In this document: piece by piece, positions 19,442 to 30,300 of the stretch | Numbering within the stretch: position 1 is the stretch's first letter | Layout of the letters: every line of letters begins with the position of its first letter | Source: Deltaproteobacteria bacterium | GTDB taxonomy: Bacteria; Desulfobacterota; GWC2-55-46; JAJCZF01 | Direction of reading: 5' to 3' | Length of the DNA stretch: 64,000 nt | Assembly: GCA_029262535.1 (NCBI GenBank) | Contig: JAJCZF010000074.1 | Coordinates: 78,883-142,882, forward strand | Program-made: the position numbers and the translations under genes | The notes under the pieces: model-generated | The model's input: the letters and a program-made list of their open reading frames with translations, nothing else | Databases searched by the model: none | Told to the model about the DNA's origin: nothing

Positions 19442-20581
19442 ATGTTATTGATAATCATTGTCATCTTAGCCGTAATACTGACCTCTTACTCTATACACGA
19501 TATTTACTATCTGCGCGTCAAAGGGCGCGGGAGCTCGCAAGGCGGTTCTATCCCCCGGCCCAGCCCCAGCTCCGGCGACTGGCCGCGCATTACTTGCGTC
19601 ATTCCGGCTGCCAATGAAGAAAAGACGATCGGGCCGAAGGTCTCTAATCTAAAGAAGGCCTATCCGCCGGATAAGATGGAGATCATGGTCGTTCTTAATA
19701 ACTCTACCGACTCGACTGCCGAGATATGCCGTGAGCTTGACGTTACACTTATAGAGAGCGCACCGGGCAAACAGATGGCTCTGGAGGCGGCTCGCCTCAA
19801 GGCAACGACAGATTATATCCTTGTAACCGACGCGGATGTTAAGCTTGAGACAGATACGGTAAAGAAGCTTGTCGCCGACCTTCAGGACGCGCCGGACGAC
19901 GTTATAGTCGTTTCCGGCTATTGCGAATATTCCTTTAACCGTAAGAGCCGTACCGGCAAGAAGATGAACGAGCATGAACATAAACAGGCCTACCTCTGCG
20001 AGCTTCAGGGGGTCGATGCAAGCTCGGCAATTATTCAGGGACCGTGTTATGTATATAAGAGAGAACTCTTTCCATCTTACCCTACAGGTGCTATGGAGGA
20101 CGAGCTCTCGGTTGCAATCGAGATTGCGGCCTCGGGTTATAGGGCGAGGACCAATGCCGGGGCCCGCTGCTTTCAGTATGTCGATACCGAACCCTTAAGG
20201 CTAATATCGATGTTGACGCGTCACGCGGGGCGTCAGGTGCATAGCTGCCTAAAGCAGTTCGGCGTGATCTTTAACCGGCGCGCAGGCGCTTATAGCCGTT
20301 TTATATTTCCTTTTTATATATTCATACCGAGGTGCCTGCCCATTGTAACGCTCTTTGTCCTGTCGATACCGTTTCTTGTGGATTTAAATATTGGCTACTT
20401 CTTTCCTTGCTGTATAGCCGCCTTTATCTTTATAGCCGCTCTAAACCCGTTTGTCGCCATGCAGATTATCGCCATACATCTGGGCTGGCTCTATCTTATT
20501 ACCCACAGGAAGCATGCCTCGACGTGGCACAATGACAACCGGGCGAGGATAAAATTTTCGGGAGAGAGCCAGGGTAGCTAA
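19442..20581 (+). CDS. Family 2 glycosyltransferase with C-terminal transmembrane helices
   Basis: ITCVIPAANEE...MVVLNNSTDSTAEI...LVTDADV (DxD). 3-4 C-terminal TM helices. Confidence 0.7.
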   Translation: MLLIIIVILAVILTSYSIHDIYYLRVKGRGSSQGGSIPRPSPSSGDWPRITCVIPAANEEKTIGPKVSNLKKAYPPDKMEIMVVLNNSTDSTAEICRELDVTLIESAPGKQMALEAARLKATTDYILVTDADVKLETDTVKKLVADLQDAPDDVIVVSGYCEYSFNRKSRTGKKMNEHEHKQAYLCELQGVDASSAIIQGPCYVYKRELFPSYPTGAMEDELSVAIEIAASGYRARTNAGARCFQYVDTEPLRLISMLTRHAGRQVHSCLKQFGVIFNRRAGAYSRFIFPFYIFIPRCLPIVTLFVLSIPFLVDLNIGYFFPCCIAAFIFIAALNPFVAMQIIAIHLGWLYLITHRKHASTWHNDNRARIKFSGESQGS

Positions 20582-20598
20582 TCTGGCGTTATGATAAT

Positions 20599-21702
20599 AT
20601 GTCCTTACCCAAGACACTTTTGTTAAATAGTCTGCGTCTGAACGCGGTTCCCTTTAGCCTTATCCACTTCGTTACGGACAGGTGTAACCTGAGGTGCGGC
20701 CATTGCTTTATCTATGGCGACTTCGAGGGGCAGGGCGAGGACCTTCGCTATCCGGGCGAAAATACCCTTACCATCGAAGAGATCGAATCTCTAACAAAGA
20801 GCCTCCGGGGGGAGCTTGGCGTGATCTCGCTTACCGGAGGCGAACCATTCTTGCGTGACGACCTTATAGATATCGCCAAGCTATATGCGATAAACGCCGG
20901 GGCGCGAATCGTGGAGGTCTCGACCAACGGCTGGTACGGGGATAAGCTTGTCGAGTTTATTACGGCCTTCCTTCCGGCTACTAAATCGGAACTCTTTATA
21001 TCCTTATCTTTCGACGGGCTTAAATCTACCCATGATAAGTTACGTGGAAAAGAAGGCGCGTTCGACCGTGCAGCCGAAACGGCAAGGACCGTGCTTGCCA
21101 TGAAGGAGGCCAGGGTTCAAGTAAGCGCAACCATTACCGTGACCGATCAATCGACCGAGGAGATGGAAGAGCTATTTCACTTTCTTATAGACGAAGTCAA
21201 GATCGACGCCGTTACCACCTCGGCCGTAAGGGGCGAACCCAGGTCAGACGGAAGTATGGCCTTTAATATGGAGAGCTATAAGCTCTTGAATCGTCTTATC
21301 GAAGAACATATGCTCGGCGGCTCCATAACGCCATTTAGCAACTACGTGGGCCGCGACCTTATAAATGCCAGGGGGGTGCTCGCCAGAAGAAGGGTTGAGG
21401 AGACGCTTGAGAAGAATAAGTATATCGCCCCGTGTACCGCAGGGCGCTCTCTTGCGATAGTCTACTCCGACGGCGCGGTCTATCCCTGTGAGATTCTTGA
21501 CGAGAAGATGGGAGAGCTAAGAAAGTTCGGTATGGATCTTCCCGCGCTCTTAAAGTCGAAAGAGGCGCGCTCGGTCGTCAAGGGCATACACGACAAGAAA
21601 TGCTTTTGCAGCTTCGAGTGCGCCTGGACATATAATACGATATTCGAGATGAAGAACTGGAAGGATCTCTTCAAGGAGTACCTGAAGTTAAAGGGGAGAT
21701 AG
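20599..21702 (+). CDS. Radical SAM enzyme with C-terminal SPASM/twitch-like cysteine-rich domain
   Basis: CNLRCGHC (CxxxCxxC) near the N-terminus. A C-terminal Cys cluster (…PCTAG…YPCEIL…KCFCSFECAW) follows. Confidence 0.75.
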   Translation: MSLPKTLLLNSLRLNAVPFSLIHFVTDRCNLRCGHCFIYGDFEGQGEDLRYPGENTLTIEEIESLTKSLRGELGVISLTGGEPFLRDDLIDIAKLYAINAGARIVEVSTNGWYGDKLVEFITAFLPATKSELFISLSFDGLKSTHDKLRGKEGAFDRAAETARTVLAMKEARVQVSATITVTDQSTEEMEELFHFLIDEVKIDAVTTSAVRGEPRSDGSMAFNMESYKLLNRLIEEHMLGGSITPFSNYVGRDLINARGVLARRRVEETLEKNKYIAPCTAGRSLAIVYSDGAVYPCEILDEKMGELRKFGMDLPALLKSKEARSVVKGIHDKKCFCSFECAWTYNTIFEMKNWKDLFKEYLKLKGR

Positions 21703-22016
21703 AGGGAAGAGGAAGGGGGGCGACACTTAAAGGGAGCGCCTGCTACCGCACTTAAGGTTTTTGCGTAGGCGCTCGATATCCAGCCGCAAAAGAGACCGTG
21801 ACCACCGCTTGCTCTCTTCCCGGTTTCGTTAAGGCATGACGGAGATTAAACGATTGACTGTGGAATGGAAATAGGATTATATGAGGTTATCTATCGCTAT
21901 GCCGTTTTAAAAAAGACGATACGGGCGAGAAAGTTTTAGACTAAGGGAGGGCTTCTGTCTGCAACTCACTTGAAGAGTTTTTGCAGCCCCTTACTGCGAC
22001 AAAGAGGTCTCTATAC

Positions 22017-23499
22017 GATGGAAACTAAAAAGAGGACCACGGTAAAAAAACTCACAGAGCGTATCAAAGAACTGGAACTACTCGTCAAGGTATCGACCAT
22101 GATATCCTCCATGCTTGAGCTGCCGAGGCTGCTTGAAGATATTATGAACATAGCCAAGCGGATAGTCGGCGCTGAGGCATGTTCCGTTCTGCTGGTGGAT
22201 AAGGAAACGGGCGACCTCACCTTTAGCGTGGCGATGGGCCAAAAGGGAGAAGAGGTAAAGAAGTTCAGGATAAAGCCCGGCCAGGGGATATCGGGCTGGG
22301 TCTACGAGCACGGCGAGACGCTCTTGATCGAAGACGCCCAGGCCGATGAGAGGTTCTACGGCAAGGTGGATAAGGACACGGGGTTTATTACGAAGAGCAT
22401 GGTGACGGCCCCGCTGATTGTCCATGAAAGAACCGTGGGCGTGATACAGGTCATAAACAAGGCAAGCGGCGGCTTCTTTACCGAAGAAGACATGCAGACG
22501 CTTATTTCAATCTCGGGGCCGATGGCGGTAGCCATTGATAACGCTGTAATGGCCGAGGAGCTGAAGGAGTCGAACAGGCAGATAGAACTCTATAGCAGAG
22601 ACCTCGAAGGCATGGTCCGGGAGAGGACCGAAGAACTCACAAAGGCCAACATGGAGATCAAGCTCGGACAGGCCAGGCTGCTTCAAACCGAAAAGCTCGC
22701 TTCAATAGGCCAACTCGCCGCGGGCGTGGCCCACGAGATAAACAACCCGCTGAGCTTTGTCCGAAGCAACCTTGGTGCCATAAAAAGCTCTACGGATAGT
22801 TTTTTTGAGATCATAGAGAGCTATGGGCGCGTTCTTGAGGGTATCGATTCTCCGGAGGTCGCCCTCGCGGCGGTGGAACTTAATTCCGTCAAGGATAAGC
22901 TCGACTTTGACTTCTTGAAAGAGGACATGGGAGAGCTTCTAAGCGAGTCGTACCAGGGCATCGACAGGGTGACCGATATCGTTGGCACCCTCAAGGATTT
23001 TTCAAACATAGACCGCGCCGATAGAAGACGCCAGAATCTTAACAAATTGATAGATACCGCCTTAAGCGTTCTTGAGAGCAGGGTCGGGCCGAATGTCAAG
23101 CTTGTAAAGGACTATGCCGAGTTACCCCTCGTAGAGTGCCTTACGAGCGAGACAAACCAGGTCTTTTTTAATATACTGGATAACGCCTTTACGGCCATAG
23201 GCGAAAACGGTCTGATTACCGTCAGGACCAAAAGCGGCGAAGAGACCGTATTCGTAGAGATAACCGACAGCGGAGAAGGTATCGGTGAAGAGCATCTGGG
23301 CAAGGTCTTTGATCCCTTTTTTACTACGCATGAGCCCGGCAATGGGACCGGTCTAGGCCTGACCATCACCTATAATATAATCAAACGACACGGCGGAGAG
23401 ATCAGCGTCAAGAGCCGGCCTGGAGAAGGAACGACCTTTACTGTAGAGTTTCCAATAAGGATGGCCGAAGAGACGCTGGAGGGCGTCCTCTCGGCCTGA
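22017..23499 (+). CDS. GAF-domain sensor histidine kinase
   Basis: Coiled-coil, a GAF-like region, an H-box [15 protein letters not shown] and a HATPase G-box GTGLGLTI. The first in-frame start codon is at 21970. ATG 22017 has the better RBS (AAAGAGG). Confidence 0.8.
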
Positions 23500-23686
23500 A
23501 CCGCCGACCCGAATTCGAATGGGCGAAAAAAACGCTTGGACGGCTTTCCGCTCTTTGGCGGGATATCTCTGGAGGCTTCCTGCCTAATGCTGGACAGCAC
23601 GCGTGGTTTGGCATATTATATTGACCGGCATGATAGCGCAGTACATGTTTGTCTATGAAGCTTTAAATAATGCAAGGTTATCTTAG

Positions 23687-25102
23687 ATGACTAATAACTC
23701 TAAAACTCATAAAGTCCTTATCGCTGACGACGAAGAATCCAATAGAAGGATTCTTGAGACACAACTTCAACTTCTCGGCTACGAGACGGTATTGGCCGTA
23801 GACGGCAATGACGCTATTGAAAAGGTCGCAAGCAATTCGCCCGACCTCATCTTGCTCGACATCATGATGCCTGGCATGGATGGGTTTGAGGTCTGCATGA
23901 TATTGAAGGCGGACTTGAAGACGGCCATGATACCGGTCCTGTTCGTTACGGCCCTGGACGATAAGGAATCGAGACACAGGGGGCTTGAGGTAGGGGGGAA
24001 CGACTTCCTTACAAAGCCGGTCGATAAGTTCGAACTTATGTTAAGGGTGAAAAATCTCCTTGAGATAAAGGACTACCAGGACTTCATAGTCGACTATAAC
24101 AGGCAGCTTGAGAAGGAGGTAAACAAGAAGACCTCAGAGATTCAGGCCGCCTACGACAGCCTCAAGGTGGCCCACGATAAGCTCATTGATAACAAGCTCA
24201 CTCTTGAGAAGAAGAACGCATTGCTTGAGGAGGCGAACAGAGACCTTGTCGATACAAGGGCGCAGGTGGTCCAGTCCGAGAAGATGGCCTCCGTTGGGCT
24301 GCTTGCCGCCGGCGTGGCGCACGAGATAAACAACCCCGTTGGATACGTTAAGAGTAACCTCAACTCGCTTAAAGATTACGCCGATGACCTGCGAGGCCTT
24401 CTTAAGCTTCACGGATCTCTTATGAAGGTAAAGGAGGACGGCGCTTCCGATCTAAAGGAGATATTGAAAGCTATTGAAGAGTACAGTGAGAATGTGAGCC
24501 TTGAAGAGTTAGTGACCGATATCGACGAGATCGTAGCGGAATCGATCGAAGGCATGGACAGGGTCGCCGATATAGTAAAGAGCCTCAAGGACTACTCACA
24601 CCAGGAGAGCGGGGCCGTTGCCAAACACTCGGATATCAACGAATGCCTCGAGGATGCGATAAAGCTCTGTTGGCACGAAATAAAGTACAAGGTAAAACTT
24701 ATAAAAGAACTGGGCGAGCTGCCGCGGATAGTCTGCCGTTCCCAGCAACTATGCCAGGTCTTTTTGAACTTGATCGTTAATGCCTCGCACGCCGTTTCAG
24801 ATGACGGCAAGATATGGGTAAAGAGCTATCCGAATGAAAACTATGTGGTCGTAGAGATAAGGGATAACGGCCACGGCATCCCGGCCGACAAGCTTGGCAA
24901 GATATTCGATCCCTTCTTTACAACTAAGGTGCAGGGCGAAGGCACGGGGCTCGGGCTCTCTATCGCCTACGGCATCATAGAGGAGCATAATGGAATTATA
25001 GAGGTCGATAGCGGAGAATGGGGAACATGTTTTACGATCCATCTTCCGTATGAAGGTATGGAAGCCGACGAGGCGCCGTGCGGCCAAGAGGATGGGGGAT
25101 AA
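23687..25102 (+). CDS. Hybrid REC-histidine kinase (N-terminal receiver, C-terminal HisKA+HATPase)
   Basis: REC motifs (ADDEESN, DLILLDIMMPGMDG and K at +), H-box [15 protein letters not shown] and GTGLGLSI. It is a paralog of the upstream kinase core. Confidence 0.85.
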   Translation: MTNNSKTHKVLIADDEESNRRILETQLQLLGYETVLAVDGNDAIEKVASNSPDLILLDIMMPGMDGFEVCMILKADLKTAMIPVLFVTALDDKESRHRGLEVGGNDFLTKPVDKFELMLRVKNLLEIKDYQDFIVDYNRQLEKEVNKKTSEIQAAYDSLKVAHDKLIDNKLTLEKKNALLEEANRDLVDTRAQVVQSEKMASVGLLAAGVAHEINNPVGYVKSNLNSLKDYADDLRGLLKLHGSLMKVKEDGASDLKEILKAIEEYSENVSLEELVTDIDEIVAESIEGMDRVADIVKSLKDYSHQESGAVAKHSDINECLEDAIKLCWHEIKYKVKLIKELGELPRIVCRSQQLCQVFLNLIVNASHAVSDDGKIWVKSYPNENYVVVEIRDNGHGIPADKLGKIFDPFFTTKVQGEGTGLGLSIAYGIIEEHNGIIEVDSGEWGTCFTIHLPYEGMEADEAPCGQEDGG

Positions 25103-25104
25103 AA

Positions 25105-26463
25105 GTGGAAAAGAAAGCGCATACCATACTTCTGGTAGATGACGAGAAGAATATCCTGAATTCGCTCTCCAGGCTCTTTAGGAGGGAAGGGTACGGTATC
25201 TTGAAGGCGGAGAACGCGGCTGAGGCGCTCGCCCTTCTGGACGACAACAAGGTATCTCTGGTCATCTCCGACTACCGGATGCCCGAGGTGGACGGCGTGG
25301 AGTTCCTTTCCATAGTAAAAGATGGTTCGCCCGACACGATCAGGTTTATGCTGACCGGTCAGGCCGATCTCGATTCCGTCGTGGAGGCCATAAACAAGGG
25401 CGAGGTATCCAGATACATCACCAAGCCGTGGGACGACGACATGCTCAAGATTACGGTCAAAGAGGCCCTTGAGCACTACGATCTGACCCAGGAGAACAGA
25501 CGGCTTTTCGATGAGACCATGAGGCTCAACGAGGAGACGGCGAGGCTCAATGAAGAGCTTACCGATATCAACGAGCACCTCGAAGAGAAGGTAAGGGACA
25601 AGACAAAGGAGATAAGGGAAAACTTTTTCGGCTTCGTTCGCATGTTCGCCGACTTGATGTCGCTCTATGACCCGGTGCTTGGCGGACATACTTCGAGGGT
25701 CGCTACCCTTGCGAGGGCGCTTGCCGTGCGCTTGGGGCTTGAGGAGCAGGATGTAGACCTAATCGAGGCTGCGGCCTACCTTCACTCCATCGGCCTGATC
25801 GGGGTGCCGAAAGATGTGTTAAAGAGGGCTGAAACCACGGTCTTTTTGAGCGATGTCGAGTTGGCCTTCATGAAGAAGACCCCGATAGTCAGCCAGCGTC
25901 TGCTTGCGCATATCGATATGCTCCTTCAGTCCGGTATCATCATAAGGAGCCATGCGGAGAACTTCGACGGAAGCGGCTACCCGGACGGCCTCAGGGGTGA
26001 GGAGATACATATAGGATCAAGGATACTGGCCGTCTGCAAGGCATACGATAAGGTGTTGAGCAAAAAGAAGGATGTCAGCAAGAGAAGGGAGTTTGAGTAT
26101 ATCAAGCAGCTCTCCCCAAAGGAGTACGACCCGAACGTCCTCGCAGCCCTGGTGGGGTTGAGGCTTGGCGATGCGGCCGAAAATTTCTACAGAAAGTCGC
26201 TTGCTGAAGGCGGCTCCGGAAAGAGAGGCGCCACGAAAAAGATCTCCGCACCGGTGGTTGAACACGAGACGCATGCCGGCACCATGCCCTTTGAGGCCCT
26301 TCGGGACGGGATGTTGCTTGCGGAAGATATCAAGAATATTAGCGGCAAGGTGCTCGTGTCAAGGGGGTCCAGGCTTACCAACGTACTGATCGAGAAGGTC
26401 CTTGGAATGAAAGAACTCGACCAGATAAAGGCAATGACCACAAGGGTCTACGAAGACGATTGA
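25105..26463 (+). CDS. Response regulator with HD-GYP phosphodiesterase domain (RpfG-like)
   Basis: REC (LVDDEKN...DYRMPEVDG), then HD-GYP with HSIGLIGVP and FDGSGYPDGLRGEEI. A GTG start just after the upstream stop is likely. Confidence 0.8.
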   Translation: MEKKAHTILLVDDEKNILNSLSRLFRREGYGILKAENAAEALALLDDNKVSLVISDYRMPEVDGVEFLSIVKDGSPDTIRFMLTGQADLDSVVEAINKGEVSRYITKPWDDDMLKITVKEALEHYDLTQENRRLFDETMRLNEETARLNEELTDINEHLEEKVRDKTKEIRENFFGFVRMFADLMSLYDPVLGGHTSRVATLARALAVRLGLEEQDVDLIEAAAYLHSIGLIGVPKDVLKRAETTVFLSDVELAFMKKTPIVSQRLLAHIDMLLQSGIIIRSHAENFDGSGYPDGLRGEEIHIGSRILAVCKAYDKVLSKKKDVSKRREFEYIKQLSPKEYDPNVLAALVGLRLGDAAENFYRKSLAEGGSGKRGATKKISAPVVEHETHAGTMPFEALRDGMLLAEDIKNISGKVLVSRGSRLTNVLIEKVLGMKELDQIKAMTTRVYEDD

Positions 26464-26489
26464 CGGTTCGTGTGGATTCGTTCTAGTTA

Positions 26490-27029
26490 CTACGATCTTG
26501 CGGTCATCAAGGGTCGGTATGGAATGGCTCTGAGTTCTCCGAGGAGCCTGTCGATACCGTCCGCGAGTCCGATACCCTTTATCAGTTCGCTCTCTTTGCC
26601 CCGCGCTACCTTCCTAAGCTCCATGTCGGCGACTTCTTCGTCAAAACCTTTCGATATGATTTTTTCGAGAAGCGCCCGGAAGAGAACCCTCCTCTTTTCG
26701 CCCTGATCCGTTTCGTCCCGGCGGCATTCAAAGTTTTCAAGCAGGGTGGAGCCGCACGCGCAGTTACGAAAGAGTTCCACGATCCTATTGTCGTCTTCAT
26801 CGTAGGATTCTTTAAGCCCCGTCTTCAAACCCGCCTTCGCGGTCTTTGCCAGAAAGTCCTCCTGGTCGTAATATATCTCGCCGCAGGTATTGCATCTTTT
26901 TGGGAAGTTGTCGTCTGAAACCGGTTTTAACCCATTATATATGTCGCTCGTCATATAATGATCTCCTGATAGCCCTATAGGCGCATCCACTCCAAGATTG
27001 GGAGAAGGGAAGCACCTTCTTCTTTTCAT
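26490..27029 (-). CDS. Hypothetical protein with two Cys pairs (CNTCGE ... CACGS), possible zinc ribbon
   Basis: 179-aa ORF, antisense-oriented relative to the surrounding genes. The internal start MTSDIY may be the real one. Confidence 0.4.
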   Translation of the reverse strand: MKRRRCFPSPNLGVDAPIGLSGDHYMTSDIYNGLKPVSDDNFPKRCNTCGEIYYDQEDFLAKTAKAGLKTGLKESYDEDDNRIVELFRNCACGSTLLENFECRRDETDQGEKRRVLFRALLEKIISKGFDEEVADMELRKVARGKESELIKGIGLADGIDRLLGELRAIPYRPLMTARS

Positions 27030-27307
27030 TATTTTAAAGCCTATAATTTATAATTTCAATAAGTAATTTTTATCGTTTGTACTATCTTATGTCTGGCATG
27101 GGCCTTGTTTGCTATTTACATATCGTCATTAGATTATGTATAATATAATATTATATTCATGCTCTGCACTATCATTTGATTTTTGAAATATAGCACGATA
27201 CTACTCAAGCTGCCTCTTGTATCCTATCCTGTTGAAGCCTCACCCGTTAAGGCAAGCGAGTTTTAGTCAAGTCGTTATCTCTCATTATAAGGTAAAGGGG
27301 AGACCAG

Positions 27308-30300
27308 ATGGATACGAGTGGCAGTAATCTCAAAATAGGACTCAGGGGTAAGACCCTCTTAGGGCTGGGTTTTTTGGTCTTCTGCGCGCTTCTCATCCTT
27401 GGGGGCACCACCTACTGGCACAGTTTTAAGGTCGCCGAAAAGACGGCCGTTGAGTTCGCCGGGGAAGAGATCGAGCAACTGACCGTCGGTGTCGGCTATT
27501 TGCTCAAAAGCTCCAGGGCCGACCTGAAGGTAATAAAGAGCACGCCGCCCATACAGGGCATCATTCGGGCCATGGATGACGACGGCTTCGACGTCGTAGG
27601 GGAGAGCACCATCGACGAGTGGCGCGGAAGGCTCGCCACCATCTTCGACTCCTTTATGAGAAACAATCCCGGCTACAGCCAGTTACGCTACCTGGATAAG
27701 GACGGTAACGAGATCGTTCGCGTCGAACTCCTCGGCATGGCCGCGCGTATCGTTCCTAGAGAAGAGCTCCAGAACAAGGCCGACTACCCCTATTTTACAG
27801 AGGCCATAAAGTTAGAATCCGGAGAGTTCTATTCTTCCGATGTGACCCTCAACCGTGAGCGGGGGCCTATTGAGACCCCCCATACTCCAATGCTCAGGCT
27901 CTCGACCCCCATTTACGATGAGGTTGACGTCGTAAGCGGAGTTCTCGTCTTGAATATCCTTGCCGACCCGATCTTCGACACCATCATCCCAAAGACCGGG
28001 ATAGAGACCTACATCATAGACGATAAAGGTTACTTCCTTCGCCATCCCGACAGCGCAAAGGAGTTCGGTGGAGAGCTTGGCCACGGGTTTTCGGTCTCCG
28101 ACATAGATTACGAGCTTGACGACGACGGTTCTTTCGACCGGCATGACAAGTTTGTGTACCACCAACCTCACGAGAACCATATCGAGGGCTTTAAGAAGGT
28201 CTTTTTCGACCCGTCCGACAGGACCCGTTATTGGAATCTTCTCTATAAGATTCCAAACGAGATGGTCTTCGCCAGCCTCTATGCGACCAGAAACTCGATG
28301 CTCGCAACCGGAATACCCTTAGGAATCCTGTCGATCATCCTGATTACATTGTTGGTCTCAAGAAGGGTCGTTCGTCCGGTTGTCAGCCTCTCAGAGGCCG
28401 CGCGGAAGATGCGCGCGGGAGATCTCTCCATCAGGGTTCCCGAAGAGGAGGTGACAGACGAGTTCCGCCACCTCTACCGTGCCGTTAACGAGTTCGCCGA
28501 GGCGCAGCAGTGTGCGGTCGAGCGCTTCGAGCGCGCGCTAACCGTAAGGACCGAGGAGCTTCAGAGGAGCAACATAGAGTTGCTCGGTTCTCAATCGAAA
28601 CTTGCCGCAAGGAGCGGGGAGCTTGAGAATCTCAACAGGGCGCTCATTTCTTCCCAGTCCGAACTCGATGCGAGGAACAACGAACTCAAAACGAAGGCCG
28701 AGTACGAGGGCACCATGACGAGGCTGATAGCCCTCTTTAACTCCTCCTTCAACGAGGAGTATGAACTCAAAGAGATGTTCTCCATCCTCGGCGAGCGGTT
28801 GCCCTTACCTTGCGCGGCTTTCTACCGCTACGACGAATGGTCCGGAAAAGCCGTATGCGTAGCCTCCAAAGGGAATCCCGAGTGCTTTGTCAGGGCCTTT
28901 TCTGAGGACGAGAGCCACGTAAACAGGGTCTGCGTCGACCTGAGGCCCGTGGTGCTTGAGGGTGACGAGATCGATTTCACCTGTGAGGCCGAGGGGTGTG
29001 AGGCCGGAGGCGCCGCGATAAAGCCCCTGGCGGTCTTTATCCATCCTGTGACTTATCGCGAGAAAGTATTAGGAGCGCTCGTAATAGCCTCGACCGCGCA
29101 GATGGACGATCTCAAAAAGGATTTTATCGAAAAACTCTCGATACATCTCGGCATAGAGCTTAATAATCTAAAACAGTATGCCGATCTCAAGGAACTCTCG
29201 GCGCAGCTAAAGCAGAAAGGCAAGGAGATAGGGCAGAAGAATATCCAGCTCGAAGAGTCGAACAAGATGAAGAGCGAGTTTCTGGCCAACATGTCCCATG
29301 AGCTGAGAACACCTCTTAACGCCATAATCGGATTCTCGGAGATATTGAAGGACGGGCTGATGGGAGAGATGGCCGACAAGCAGAAGGACTACTGTAACGA
29401 TATCTTCACGAGCGGACAGCACCTCCTATCCCTTATTAACGACATACTGGACCTCTCGAAGATAGAGGCCGGCAAGATGACCCTCGACCTTGAGGGCGTC
29501 TCTGTACCCGGACTGCTCAAAAACAGCCTGATGATCGTAAAAGAGAAGGCCATGTCTCATTCCATAGGGCTTGAGTTGGACCTGGATGAGAGGCTCGGCA
29601 TCGCCTCCGTTGACCCGCGTAAACTAAAGCAAGTCGTATATAACCTCCTCTCCAACGCAGTCAAGTTTACCCATGACCACGGAACGGTCTCGCTCGCGGC
29701 CAGTTTAGTTGAGAAAGACTCGGGCAGGATGATGGAGATAAGCGTAACGGATACAGGCATAGGGATATCCGAAAAGAACCAGAAGAGACTATTTAAACCC
29801 TTTGAGCAGCTTGAGGGAGCCATTACCAAGAAATATAAGGGCACCGGCCTCGGCCTCATGCTGGTAAAGCGTCTCACCGAGCTTCACGGCGGCACGGTGG
29901 AGGTCAGGAGCAAAAAAGGCGAGGGCTCCTCCTTTACCGTAAGGATCCCGTACATGGCGGATGAGGGAGCCACAGCCGAAGAGTCGCTATTCCTGCCGGA
30001 GAAGCCTCTCCAAGAGATGTCTAGTGAAAAAGGGCCGCTCGTCCTTATAGTAGAGGACGACGCAAAGGCTGCCGACATTACCAAGGCCCAGCTCGAAGAG
30101 AGGGGCTACAGGACCATGACGTCCGAAACGGCCGAGGATGGGCTTAAGGCTGCCGCGCTGATGCGGCCTGACCTCATAGTGCTCGACATCCTTCTTCCGT
30201 CCATGAGCGGATGGGACTTTTTGCAGATGATCAAGGATGACGATGCGACCTGTAATATACCGGTGGTAATACACTCCATAGTTGCGGATTCGAGGAAGGG

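Noticed and set aside
24967-25689. 240-aa minus-strand ORF across the REC-HK/HD-GYP junction
   Set aside because: It is a shadow ORF opposite two strongly supported signalling genes.
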